In this document: one piece after another, positions 1 to 13,300 of the stretch
Position numbering within the stretch: the first letter of the stretch is position 1
Layout: every line of letters begins with the position of its first letter
From: Catajapyx aquilonaris
Taxonomy: Eukaryota
Direction: 5' to 3'
Length of the DNA: 64,000 bases
Assembly (NCBI GenBank): GCA_000934665.2
Contig: KZ537974.1
Coordinates: forward strand, 62,001 to 126,000
The notes under the pieces: model-generated
What the model saw: the letters and a program-made list of their open reading frames with translations, nothing else
What the model was told of the DNA's origin: nothing
Database searches by the model: none
Position numbers and translations under genes: made by a program

Positions 1-641
1 CTTCCCGAAATTGCAGAGGCATAAAGTTTTTTTTTTGTTTCTGGTACCGAGTCCCCAGGCTTGAAATTCGTGGACTATTTTCGCATATCACTTTCACCTT
101 GGAGACATTAGGGCCTGATTTATGCGCTCCTGATATTCCGCTGAAGGAAGCAGTATATTTTTATTTAGAAAATAAAGGAAGGCTGCGAGGCCTCCTCGTG
201 ATGATCCGAGGCGCCTCTCCAGAAGATACGGTTGTCACTTTTAAAGCTCCAGGCACACACGCAGACCTAGTAATTCAACATCTCAGCGAAAACTCTAAAT
301 AAAATCTATGCTCATCACGTCCGCCTCCTGCCGATTGGGGAGGATATTTTTTCGGCAGCTTTTCTCCTGCTCCTTTTTCGAGCTGAGAAACATGCTTGGA
401 TATATCCACTCCAAACGTGTCCTGTTTTGCATGTATTGTATGGGGTGTGACCTAGTTAGGCTGAAATCAACGATAGCATATGTAAACGTTTAGAAGGCAG
501 GGGTAAATCGCAGTTTCTATAATAGTATTTGTACTAGTTCATTCTTGTTTTTAAAGGCCAATTGAATATATTACAGTATTAGATGACTTTAGAAGTTTCT
601 AGACCAGTTTAAATATTTTTATTGGTATCTGCGCCGTGGGA

Positions 642-735
642 CCGCCTTATCCGTGGGTTCCATATTCAACTAACCGCGGATCGAAAATATTCGGAAAAAA
701 CACGAATTTCCGGGAAAAAAACTAGCATTTGTCGA
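642..735. mobile_element. Terminal/subterminal fragment of a pogo/Tigger-family DNA transposon (MER2/Tigger3-like)
   Basis: TATCCGTGGGTTCC-AT-ATTCAACTAACCGCGGATCGAAAATATTCGGAAAAAA (648-700) closely matches the MER2/Tigger3 end as I recall it. No outer CAGT terminus, partner end or transposase ORF is visible. Confidence 0.6.
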
Positions 736-1270
736 ACACAACAATACACGAATACGCAGGACTGACTGCATGAAAAATTTCAGGTTGTGCAGTGTACCAG
801 TTTTTAAAACAATGACTGAAACCGATACTCTAGAGTCTAGAGAGTCTAGAAGGCATCTTGTATGACATGCATGTATATACCCGTTAATTAATGTAACAAT
901 GGCATACACATAACGTAGTTTCTATACTGACACGCACCAATTAAAATTTGCGCACGTTCCATTTAGCACATTGCATTGGTGCCACACATGTTGAAATGCG
1001 GTCTATACATGTAGGATACAGTCGCATCATATCTATCACATCTCTTACAATGTCGCGCAACATGGCTGATTTTTAACATTGAGCAGTTTATGGGAGTAAG
1101 TTAGCATGCCAAAAATGTTTCGTGTATGTCAAGCATCACCTTTTAAACGTTGTGGTGTGATCTATAATGCTGAAATTAGAGACACTATACAGGGGATGTG
1201 ATGCTTTCAGTGAACTTCATAGATCATTGCGAAGATGATTATGTGATGGGTATGTTGCGCTCATTTCCAG

Positions 1271-1272
<2 letters not shown>

Positions 1273-1329
<57 letters not shown>

Positions 1330-1332
1330 TTT
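1273..1332. repeat. (ATTT)15 microsatellite
   Basis: Fifteen perfect ATTT units read directly from the sequence. Confidence 0.98.
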
Positions 1333-4300
1333 TCATCCACCATTTTGGGGGCCTGGGGCTCCTTTAGGGGGACACATACTCTCTGATGATACACTAAATA
1401 CATAATTGTAATCTTTTGTGAATACATATGAAAAACATTTCCAGTTGTTATTATTACAATAGCATTATAAATGTTGCATTTTGATCACTGAGAGAATTAT
1501 TGCAGAGTCGATCGGCCTATGAGTTTGGTATTGTATGAAGTTTGTTGTCGATAATAGTTTGTTTACATTAATCACCCAGACTAATTTTTAGACCGCAAAA
1601 AATTAAACGCGATTGGAAATGTGGCGAACCCATTGCTATTTGGCGCTGTAATTTTGTACCTGTTCATTTCCGTGTTGGTGATATTGCCGGGGAATTTATA
1701 TGCAGTATAATGATATAATTTACAATATATCGTGGTCGGTGGGTAGGTTATAATATTGCCCACATGCTGTTACGCCACTGATGTTATAGAAAAATGTTTG
1801 TGTAAAATTCGTATTTTGATATTATAGGGAATTGAATTTTTGTTGACACCGAAAAGAGAAACTTGTGCAAACCTCGAAAGACCTATATAATTATACGGTT
1901 TCATTACATTTGAAATGAAGGTTGCGTCGTAATATGAATACCGGTATATCAGTTGATTTCTCTCCCAAGTTTTTTTTTTGCATGGAAAACTCTTGCTAAA
2001 ATACCTACCCTGGATATGTTTGGAAATGCAGTATTCTGTTTGCCAAAGCTTTCCATTTTTTGAATTTGTCCACTTTTAACATAGGGAGCTGGAACTATAT
2101 AAGTAGTCCAAATCCTTATTATGTAGACATTTGAGACATTGCAGTAGTGAGATGTGCAGTACTGTACAATCTAATGTTTCAGTAGCCCAAAATGTAGCTT
2201 ATTGCCGGTTCGAAAGGACATGATCAGGACAATCGAAAGAAGCACAGCCCAAAGGGTAGCACGAAACCTGCTAGGATGTCATAATGTTAAGTCAGCAGCT
2301 CGGTCAGCGCAGTCCTGCCCTTTTCCCCAGGGTCGAGACCGTAGGCACCAAGGGACGTCGCTATTTTCTGTTAGTGCCCGCACCGGTTTGTGGGCCTCTA
2401 TGCGACATGTTTGATCAGTGGACCAGTTTTTACTAAGCTTGCTCTGGGTCGTCAAAAGCCACATTATTTCACATTTCAGTTGCTCGGTAGGAAAGCTCCT
2501 ACTAAGTGCACATAGAGGCATAATGTATGATCATATATGGTTAACTTGATTGTACGCTCAGCCAGCATCAGCATGTCTGTAGCAGCCTATCGTGCTGTTA
2601 AATTTGTCATATTGAAATGGTACAGGGACAGTCCAATTTGCATCGAACAAACGGTATAGATTATATAACTTTTTGTGACTGTACCGCAGAATTATGACGG
2701 TCTACCGCATTTTTGTTCACCCCCCGAGGCGTTAATATGATTTACGACAGTTGCCAGAAAAGCGGGTTAATGATATGCAGGAAATATTTTACGCCTCCCC
2801 ATTTTTCCCCCAGTTGGAAATAATTAGAATACGCTACTTCAGGCATTCGTATTTGGTGCATGCATGCATATAACGGTGTGTCCTGCCCATATTTAATACC
2901 AATCGCCAGTTGAACGAACATATACTTTAATGTAACACCAGTTCAACCAAAAGTTGGCCAGGAAATATGAAATGGAATTATCGCCTCCACCGATTGTAAA
3001 GAGCTCCAGATGAGAGAATCAGGTGAACGGTAAAACATGAAGCATTGGAAGGGCCCCCGAGGCGTTGTAGGAAGAAAGAATGAGAAGAGATTTCCCCCCT
3101 TCCTTTTCCTTTCCCCCCCTCTGGTTTTGGGAGATAAATCCGTGGTGCCGTCAGCGCTCCAGCCGTTTTTCAAAAAAAGGAGAGAAAAAGTAGATGAAAA
3201 AAAAATCATTGGCCTGGTTGGTCCCCACGAGCCTTCCAACTTATAGAGCCAGCAACCCATGGACTAGTCATAATTCCAGCTTGGAGACCCCGCCCACCCT
3301 CAAACCCTTCATCCAAACCATACCTACTATACCCCCCGTCTCGAATTTTATAAATGCGGGGGTCCCCCCCCCCCCCCCTGCTCGTATGTAGATTAGCCAG
3401 TTGGGAGCTAGCAAGCCTACCTTTTTTTAGTATTTTACTGCATTGTGCAGCTTCATTTGGAAAGACCCAATTGGCTGATACAGTCATTGACTCGACGGAC
3501 ATTTCTGCACGGCGGGAATGGTGGGGTATTGGTACTCGGGTTATTCGCGATAATGAGGCTTTCTGGCCTGTTGATACGACTCGAATTTTTTAAAACGACG
3601 TTTCAGGCGTGAAAATTATCACAAAAGCCATCCTCCCTCGAAAAGAGTGTTATGAGAGAACAGATTTGGACCTCAAATTGGCACTATTTTTTTGTTGAAC
3701 GTTGACTTTTTTCGGGGAGTTGGATCATGAAGGGATCACAGTTAAGCAGGCGAAATATAGGCCGGATTTTATGAACGTGCTTGAGGCCATAACCGAACTT
3801 CGGAAATGCTACGTGTTCAATGTACTTATTTTGTAATTTATTCATAAGTGTAGTGTGTATAGTTTGGTATTTGCCAGCGGCCTTGTAGGTCCAGTATACC
3901 TGTTTAGAAAACTTGGGTGTGGCTCGGAGTATATATAAGGTGGTGCTCCTTGCATTAGATGGATCTTGAGCCAGACACCTCTATTTTCTGCAAGAGAGAG
4001 TCTGTGGCAGCAGCATTTGCCCTCGTTTCTCCTAGAAGGCCCTAACGCTCTGTATGGATTGAACCAACCAACCGCTCTTCCCTTTCCTTTCTATTACAAA
4101 GCCATCGGGCTGTTCTGTCCATATGCAACCCTCCTGCTCTATTTTCCCTTTTTCTTTTCAATTTCACCGGCCCTTTTTCTATTCTCTTTCCGACGCACAA
4201 TATAAGTGGGATGCATTTTCCTTTTTCCTCCCATGCGAGTTTATGGAGGCAGAAATTGTCTGCATTTCCATATTTTACCGGTACTTTTTGAAAGCGGCAG

Positions 4301-7300
4301 TAATCGCCTTGTAGTTGCAAAGCCTCTTATGTCATTTTGTTACTTGCAGATTTTTAAAATAACTGTGGCTGATTCATGGTCCTTTTCTTTTTTTGGATTT
4401 TTAGGACCTGGTTTTATAACCGGTACTGGGTCTGTCGAGTGGCCAGTGACGGTACCCCCTGCAGGGCTGTTAAAGCAAAGAGTGGCGACGACCAAATTGA
4501 TATTTTTGAAGCCTCTCGGGACCTCTATTTTTTAGTGCGAGCCTAAGGTTTTTTTTTAGATCTTGCAGGTGCTCTCAGCCGACTGAGTTTCGGCCGAACG
4601 TGCTCCAACTTCTTTGGCAGCCCGCAACTGGTAGCAGGTGCCTGCTTTTTTTTTATTTGTCTCTCTCGCAAAGCTAATATCATTTTTTGCGAGCCCGAGC
4701 AGCGTGTAAATGAAAACGAGATGAGCAGCTTCCAGATGATTGGTTGCGGGCGGATACCCGTCAGTCGCATCGGGGCTTCCCCGGGTTTTCAAGTTTGCTT
4801 AATTCAGGATGTGCCCTACGGCCCGGGCGACTTAAAAGGGGTCGCTTGTAACGCAGCCAGGCCCTCCCAGTAAATCATTACTAATGAACTGCGCAGAAGA
4901 ATCCCACTGAATTAGTATCGTCGCGGAGGCAAATCATCTTTTGTGCAACACCCAACTTAGCCCGCTTTTGTCCCTTCCTTGCATGTTAAACAGGCGTTAG
5001 TCAGAGCAAGCTCCCGGTTAAAAATCGAGGCAACAAAGAGTAAATTGAAATTAGAGACAGAAGGGCCCTGTAATGAAGGGTAGTGCTGTGGAGCAACGTC
5101 CCTATTCTATGATAGAGACTGGGGAATAAATTATGGGAGGCCCATTTGTTGGGCGCCAGCTGCGGAACTAGGAGGCGTGACGTGTGATATGCGCTTGGAG
5201 TGACCTCTCGTGGATAATGACGAGTTTGCAGGAATTTGTCCGCGTCTGGTTGCCTTATCGTTTACACCTTGGGTTTTCGATAAGGTTGCGGCGCCTGCAG
5301 CCCGACTGACGGTGCCGTGACATGTTCTGGGGGTGGAAAAATGGCTCGAATGTTAGACTGCTGGGAATGGAGAAGCCCTTTTAGTTGGAGAGGTCGGGTT
5401 TCACGTGCGGTAAATGCTGGGGAAATCCAAGTGTTGTTTACACTCTTCGGTTGCATTAGGACTAATGAGTTGATGAGATTTTGAATTCTATGTTACATAC
5501 TACTGTTACATATGTAGTGTACGGAATTGAAGATCAGGTGGGATATTTCCTGGCCCAGTGCAGTGGTGCATACGTGCCGGTACACGCATCAGTGTCAGTT
5601 TTGCGATTGTCAAAGCTGCGGCAGTTTGCTTTTGTGTCAGTAAATAATGGATATCATGGAGCCGGGTCATCGCCACGGTCCATTTGATGTCAAGTGCCGT
5701 GAAAACAGATGGTGTATTTCCGGTTTGTTTTGGTTCGGGTGAGGTCGGATGCGGCTTCCCATGGAATCATCTTTTGTTGTTTTATCTCGGTCGCCTTTGA
5801 CGCGATTAAGCTTTGATACAACCCCTCCGGACTCTATCTATTTTTTTGCCATGATGTCAATTTGCTCTCTTGCAAGCCTTGGAGGACCGGAAACGTAAAT
5901 TTCGCAGGAATTAAAACGGACGGATGGTAATGCACTTGGGAAATGGGAGATCGGAATTTTGCCGGGGAAAATCCGCAGCCAGCCAGAAATTGCTCCTGAC
6001 ATATACCTCTTGATAAGGAAGAAATAATACGCCCCAGTTTGCAAAAAGAGCAACTGGCAATAAGTCTTGTCAGTTATCTTACGAGCCCATGAAGAAAATG
6101 CAACGGAAATGACATTTTTTTTTTCCTTTTCTGCTTACATGTGCTGGTGCAAGCTGTGGTATGGATGGTTGACCAATGTCACTCAATTGTCGAGCCAGAT
6201 GTCATTTTCCTCAAGCCTCCTTTTTCCTAGGTCTCACTCGCATACTTTCCCATGAGAAATATGTCAGAGGTAGATGCTGACGAGCAGAGGAACACGGGTA
6301 TCCGATCCCTTAATATAGGTGCGGCTGCATCCGGGAGAATCCCCCGGATTGGAGGTTTCCTCCAGGGATAAAAGTGGCAATTGAGAGTCTGCCGGGTCTT
6401 TTCCGGATGACATCATCGGATCCGGAGGCGGGCAGTTGGCCCACTTGCCACCGGGAAGGAAACCCCCCCATCCAAATAATGAGCCTTTCCTCTCTATCTC
6501 CTCCCTTCTTTCCTTCCAGATTGCCTTTTACACCATCCCCAACCTCCTACCCCCTCTCTCTCTAAAAAAAGAGGCTCATTCCCACCTTAAGAACGTGACG
6601 TCCATTTCTTTTCCTCCTTTTGCTCCTAGGGATAGGAACAGTCTTAACGCCCCTCTTGACTGCTCCAAGGGTAATGTGCCCTCTGGTTTATTCGACGTAT
6701 AAGCACCGCCCTACTGGTGCACCCGCTTAAATCAGCGCAACCTCTAGGTCAAATTGGCCCATTCATTATAGAAGAAAAGGTTGTGGTGTGTGTGAGTTAG
6801 ATATACTGAAGGTACAAGAGTTGAAACGCGCCGTTTCAATGGTTCCTCCCGATTCGATTTGGGTTTATTTAGCCGCTAAGGTCCGTCAGGTGAAACAAAT
6901 GGCTTGGGCTGTGTAAACGCGCCCGGAGGAGCACCAGGGGAGCTCCCGATTGCATAATGCAAATGTAATCGCTTCCGCTTTCTACGGGACACGCCTTGAT
7001 AAGTTAGAACCTTGTCGTCTCCAAGAAAGATGGCCCCCCCTTCTACTTCTGCGAACCATGAGAGAGAGAGAGGAAAATCTCCTTTCCACTCCGCCCCCTC
7101 TACGACCCCGGACATTTTTTTATCGCCACGTATAATTCGCCAACCAAAATGACATTTCCCGGATTCAGGGTCGTTATGTACTTCCCGTGAATCTGAGGTT
7201 TATGCCTCGTTTCGTCTTATTCATATGCAAGTTGAATTCGATTTTTGAGGGTTTGTTTATTGCAGTTTTTTTTCTGAACTGATGGTCTAGATTTCTATAA

Positions 7301-7584
7301 GAAATTTTGGGCTTGTAAAAGTAAAGACCGTTTGTATATCAACTAGAATTATTAATCGTTCGAGTTGATGCAACCGGTTTCAAGCCAAAATTTAAGGGAA
7401 GATCTCTGATTATGTCTAGGAATTCGCGGGATTTTCTCATAATTTGCGTACATACAATCGGTCCTAATAAGGCAATGCGGAATATTGTTCACGTTACAAA
7501 TATGCATTGCGGACATTCCCAGAGATGCCGTACTCTGAATGCGTCATTAACGTCCTGTTTATGAATGCACCAAACTTTAACTTG

Positions 7585-7617
7585 TGACTAATAATCATGT
7601 CTTCTTTACAGGTAAGT
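7585..7617 (+). promoter_or_regulatory. Candidate recursive splice site (ratchet point, zero-length exon): juxtaposed 3' and 5' splice sites
   Basis: Sequence tgaCTAAT-aatcatg-tcttcttta-CAG|GTAAGT. Branch-point match at 7588-7592, pyrimidine tract 7600-7607, AG at 7610-7611, perfect donor at 7612-7617. No AG occurs in 7525-7609. It is on the same strand as the CadN exon. Confidence 0.7.
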
Positions 7618-7661
7618 GTCGTTCACCTCACGAGAGTTCTTCCTGCAGTGTCTGCGCAAAG
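7612..7661 (+). other. Candidate 50-nt cryptic ratchet-point exon
   Basis: Runs from the ratchet AG to a second donor AAG|GTAGGC at 7662-7667. Its length is not a multiple of 3. Confidence 0.5.
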
Positions 7662-10308
7662 GTAGGCTTGTGTTTGAGTTATTATGTGTGAGCGTGTATT
7701 TGCAAGGAGAAGTGGATTTGTACCTATCAAAATATATTTTCATCCTCTGCACCTTATCTCATCTCCCTTATTCTAAACTCGCCGTTCCCACCCTCCGGAA
7801 TATCAAGTTATTCAAATCGATCCGAGAAGAGTGCAAGGGAAGGTTGACACAAAACGTCATCTTAACGGCTCGATAATTCTCACATTGATTGCCCCCTTTG
7901 GGAGCCTAGTAATGGATTTTATAACCGATCGGATTATGGAGAATATATTGGGAGCAAGCTTCTCAGAATTTTATTCCCTCACCGCGCGGGGGCACGCTAA
8001 TCGACGAATGTGACACTAGACCTAATGTGCGGGGTTTTGGGAGGCTCTATATTTGTAGATGGAGAGAAATTGAGGATCTACTCACCTTGGGGCTGCTTTT
8101 CCTCTTGGGGCTTCAGATGCACTTAGGTTACCTGTTTACATACTTGCAAGCACGCTATGGTGTAATTTTTAATGTTCATACCTATAGACAGGAGTTATGG
8201 CTATTAGTTGCGCCTGTGCTAACACCAGCCTGTCCACAGTCTCAGAAGTTAGATCAAAGGGTCTCAGGGCAAGTATTTCGACTCTTATCCGTGCTTCTTC
8301 CTCCATTCCTTTTCACCTTTCCCGACCAACTCTTTCCACTTGACGCTGCTCTCAAAAGTTGCTCAGACTTTGCCAGCGGAAGCTGAATCATCCACTTCCC
8401 CATTCCTATTGCTCCAGACTTTCCTGCTGCAGATAAATCCATGTTTCGTAGTGCGTCTAGGGAGGTGTGCTGCAGGGCTCTATGACCTCCAGCAGCCGGG
8501 ATTTTCCTAGGAGAAAAGCGCACAATTCGCAACTTGAAACACGCTCGCACATATTCGTACAGTATATCACATGGAAAACCGGCTGGACTACCCCTGAAAA
8601 CTTTTGAGGCACTTTGTGGTATCAGCTTAATCCTAACCGCAGATCGTTTGGCGCGGTTTATTCGGTCTTATGAACTCGCGACCCTTAATCCCGACCATGA
8701 ATCAAGGGAATGACTTTCTCCATCAACATGTAATATTGCTCCCAAACTTCATTTCCACATTAAGGGTCGGGCATTAAGCCGGACCATTTGAGACACGGGG
8801 TGTGTATATAGTCGCAGGGCATCACCCCGTACCCCCAGAAATATTGAATTCAAGTGGGGCAGTTAAAATCTGCGGGATACGAGCTCTAGGGTTTGCTGGG
8901 ACGTGGCGGTTCTTCTGGAGCGGGAATTAATTTTGACAATTCCGGGCGACAATTCGGGCGACGGCCAACTTTATTCGATTGTGGAACTTTCCCCCTAGAG
9001 TTGTAGTGACATGTTGACGAACTGCTTGGGTGAATCAACTCCCGAACTCGGGGGTCCATTTTTGCGATTTTTATTATCCTGGATCATACTGTATAGACAG
9101 AGTATATCACAGCTTTTCTGCAGATCAGGTGAATGGACAGTGTTTCGAATATTTTTTCGTCGCAGCGTGTTTGCAGTACATGAGAACATGCTACTGTCCA
9201 CGGTATGCGTATGCAAAATCCTCGTATGTTTTATATATAGGGTCAAGCTAGACAGCCCGTTTTTCGCGTATGGCTACGGATTTTTCCACGATCATTACAA
9301 TGTAAATGAATCGGAACCGCTTGGAACAGGCCGAGTGGATTAAAATGGAAAGGTATGCAGGCATAGGAGGAAGTTGCAGGTTTGCTGGAGCCCTGCTCTG
9401 AAAAAGCCCTAGGCCCCGCGTTTCGGCCAATCCCAAAATTCGCTACATTATCGAGGAAATTTCCGCTCGAATGGCATTCGACATGGGATCAGCTATGGAA
9501 TGGAAGGTAAAAAAAAAAAAATTGCAGAGTTTCCGCTGCACATATCCGAATATCCTCGAATATACAGGAGGACCATCTCCACATACACGCATATGATCGC
9601 GCAGGGGGACGCAGGGGCACACATGCTTCTGACGTGGCGGATGGCAGTGTGCGTTGTTCCCCGCAAATATCCGGGTAAATAATCCGGGGGAGCGGCCAAC
9701 CGGTTCCAAAATCAACTCTGCCATTTTTTGAGTAAACCGAGCTGTCAGCAGCCTCATGTTGTGACGATAAACATGGCGCCGCCATTCTGCACTCATGATA
9801 TCGTGGTCCCCTCAAATTACGTTGCTGCTCACTCAGATGTACTTTGGCGGATAAGCACCCACCAGATTTTTTACCACCCACTTTTTACGTCGCCTTTCAC
9901 CCATTCTAGGGGGGGGGGGGGGGGCAATTGGCTGCGGTTTGGGATGTAATTTCTCAGCCGGATAACAAAATATGTCGCATAAATTGCGTTAATTTGAGGG
10001 GTAACTTATGATAATGGAGTGTGTTTTTTTGATAGGCTATTATATGACCTGCATTATATTTTTAAGGGTGTATCGTTGCGTGGCGGTCATGCGTTAATCA
10101 GCTATTGTTAGGAACATGTACTTAGTGCGACTTTGTTGTAGCTACAAAGCTTTCTGATTATGAATGCGTCCAAACAAGAGCTGGTTGTACCTGCGCACGT
10201 ACTGAAGCTTGTGGTCGTGTGATTAACATGAGTGTATTTTTATAATGAGACTGCTATAGGAAGTCTATTGTGGAACTATAGGGTTGCAGTGAATTTTTTA
10301 CAATGTAC

Positions 10309-10330
10309 TTAAAGGGGAACTGCCGGCAGC
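10309..10330 (+). mobile_element. Possible Kolobok/T2-type DNA transposon terminus
   Basis: TTAA followed by AGGGGAACTG resembles Kolobok-type ends (TTAA target duplication, AG terminus). No matching opposite end was found. Confidence 0.2.
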
Positions 10331-13300
10331 ATTCGCGCTTATTTTTTGTCATCAAAAATCTGGTTATTGTTGGAATGTAGAATGTTAGCAAGGAAGATTA
10401 TTATCTGTTTGCTTGGCCCCCTGGTTTTTGTCGGAAATAGTTGCAAATTCGCAGAATTTTCCCCCCAGTTTCGCAGCTCTGTATCTCCAGTTTGCTGTAC
10501 TCAGATTTCACTTTAATTCTTTTACTACCTGTCATATTTGCTAACATCCCCCCAGAAAAAAGCATTGAAGTCAGTGTCCTGCGTAGATTGCGAACGTGCC
10601 CATCGCAATTTAGACCACAGTATTTGTTGCGTGTTCCACTGCTATTAATCACTGATTGTGCAAGTGAACTTACCGTTATTCAGTTTGGAGTAGGCCGTGA
10701 CTGAAAAGGGACGAAAACATTTCCTTTTTTTTGCTCCCTGACTTCACTCTGGAGGAGAAAACATACTCAAGTCCCGTCCATGGACAATTCGATTCCATTA
10801 CGATATTGCCATCCAAGAGAGGCTTCAGGAAGGACGACTGTTCGTAATAGAAAAAAAGAGACGTCGTGGCATGCAGTCGAGCGTCGTCTATAGCTGGAGG
10901 ATATGAAGCAATCGTGTTGATGGTGATGTCCCTTGAACATGGGGAGAGGTAGAATTATTTTTATATAAATCTCTGGCCGATATTCGTTATTGCCTTGACC
11001 TTCTCGCACCACTTTGAAATCTCGAGAAGGTTGGCAATCAGTTGCGATGGTTACCTTCGTCTTCTTTTTTAAACATCGCATGGTTTTTATTTTTCTTTCT
11101 TGCCTTTTTGCTGAAAGGATACACGTGGTGCTCTTATTGAATTTCGTACTGGGTGCGTATCCTAGAAGTGTTATTTTTTTCTTATTATGTACCGGAGAGA
11201 GGAGAGAAATATTATTACACAGCCAGCATTGGTTCCAAGCGAGCCTTTTTTTCCTTCTTTTTGTTCCATGCAGGAGTGAAAAATTGTGTCCAGATTTTTC
11301 ACCTCCGACTCGTTCCAGCAGGCATGGATATTTTAGAAGGACGGAAATGGAGCGCAAGTTGCCAAGGAAATTTCACTCGTGCTTCTCGTGTCTCAAGTAA
11401 TGGACGTTATTTTCTCCGACATTTGGAAGGTCCCTGGGAATTTATCACGGATGCTTGGGACATTTCGTGCAGGCTTGGCTGTGTAGTTGTTGTTTTCTTA
11501 GGGGGCCGAAATTGTAGTGACAGCGAGGACCTAAATTATTGCTGCTGACGGTGGTTATTGTTGCATTAGTTATTCAGGTTGCCAAAATGATCCAAAAATT
11601 GTGCGTCATTAACTGCTGCACGTATGTACTCAATTAGACGCGTTTCAGAGTTAGTTACGTCTGAACCAATACCTTGCTTTTTAAAATATTATTTCAGCTG
11701 CTCACTCGCCCAGCAAAAATGCGTGTAATTGTTAAAATTCAGGCTTGCTCGTATTTTCTGTTGAATAACCAAAGCGTCCACGGATAAAAGAATTTTCCGA
11801 ATCGAATCAGCAGTGTACTGGTGGGAGTGAGTTAAAATCGCTGAACCCACGAGTATATATGCACTTGCAACGGGTATTGAACTATGAAGCTTTTGCCTAC
11901 CGAATGAAATATAGTCCTTTTATTTGTGGATGCTGTACAATACTTGGCAGTGTTACACCAGACATCCAGAAGTGGCTGCATTTTACGAAAACCTACATCA
12001 GCTTAGTTAACGACAGTGTAGATGCAACAATGGATACTGCGGCATGCCTCCTCGCAGGTCAGATGCCAATATGATCAAAATTCAATAGAAAGCAATTTGT
12101 AAACAAAGTGATCAAGGGGAACATGCATGATTTTGCATCCATGGAGTTATCGGTTCCTGCAGGGGGGAAAATGCCATGCTCCAAACACTGACGTCATGTT
12201 ATAGCTGATCAAAAATGCCTATCGCCTCATGCCTACCTTCACCTATTACATTTTCCGGTCGCTGATCTGGCGTATGTACACTCTAAACCATGCCAATCTA
12301 AATTCATTAAAGGGCTACATGGAAATGACTTTTAAAAATACAGGGAGTTCGAGGCAGCTTTTCCACCAAACATTGGGTTCAATCCAATGCCTTGTCTATG
12401 TCTTCTGATGTGGTCCGTGGCACTTATCTCAATACCATTTGTTGTCCTTTCCGGAACCTCAAGCATATAGATCTCTCCGGATTTCAGCCAAACTTACCGA
12501 GCGTGACATTTTCATGTGCTGTTTCCGAGGCATACAAATATTGACTTTCGATTTTGGCTCCAGCTTCTCCCCCAGGTATAGCGCGTATAACCACACCCAG
12601 TTGAGGAAACCCCACGAAGCTGAAAAGGTACACATTCGCAAAATCCGGTTGCGTATAATTTTGGTGCAACATGCTAATAATCCGTTGCCACTTTCACCTG
12701 CAGTGACCGCTCACTCCAACCCAGTTAATATTGAATCACCCTTTTCTTTGAACCCTACTTTGTTCAGGTTTGCCCTGCAATTCCAACTTTACGTGAGCAA
12801 ACAGTAGTCCTCTTTTCGGCGCCCGTCCGATGCACCGGACGGTCCACCTGTATACTAATGGAGTTGCCACCCTTTGTCGCAATGCCCCGATCGGCTTCAT
12901 ATAGTCAACCCCCCTAGGTCACGTATTCTCTCCCTGTAACCGTACTTAAAACCGGTATCCGTAGTTATGGATTGGCAATTTCCGGCCTAGGGGTCGTAAA
13001 AGAGGCGGGGGGTACAGGTTAGGGTCCCGGAGATGAGAGGCTGCTTCTACATAGCTGTGTGGGGAGGGTAGGTTAGGTGAGGCGTCGTAATTCCAGGCGA
13101 ATTCATCAAGGGACGTTTTACGGCACACAATCGGAGCGGACCGAATAATTTGGGCGCCATGAACACGGCTATTAAGGGCCTGAGAGAGACGAGTACGAGG
13201 GCAGCCAATCCAGCTCTTCTCTTTTTTTCATCCGTCTTATCTCCCTTCGGAGGACCGCCAAACTGCTATTTTTGCTGATTGCGGCCATTATCACCGCAGG

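Noticed and set aside
10767..11357. Longest ORFs (196 aa here, 181 aa at 57987-58532) and the other short ORFs
   Set aside because: No recognisable domains or codon bias, many cross homopolymer runs, and their lengths are what chance gives in 64 kb. There is no prokaryotic gene organisation, CRISPR array or transposase ORF.
12355..12440. B-box-like GGGTTCAATCC in a small stem, suggesting a tRNA or tRNA-derived SINE
   Set aside because: No A-box or cloverleaf can be built and the stem is out of register for a T-arm. At best it is a highly decayed SINE.
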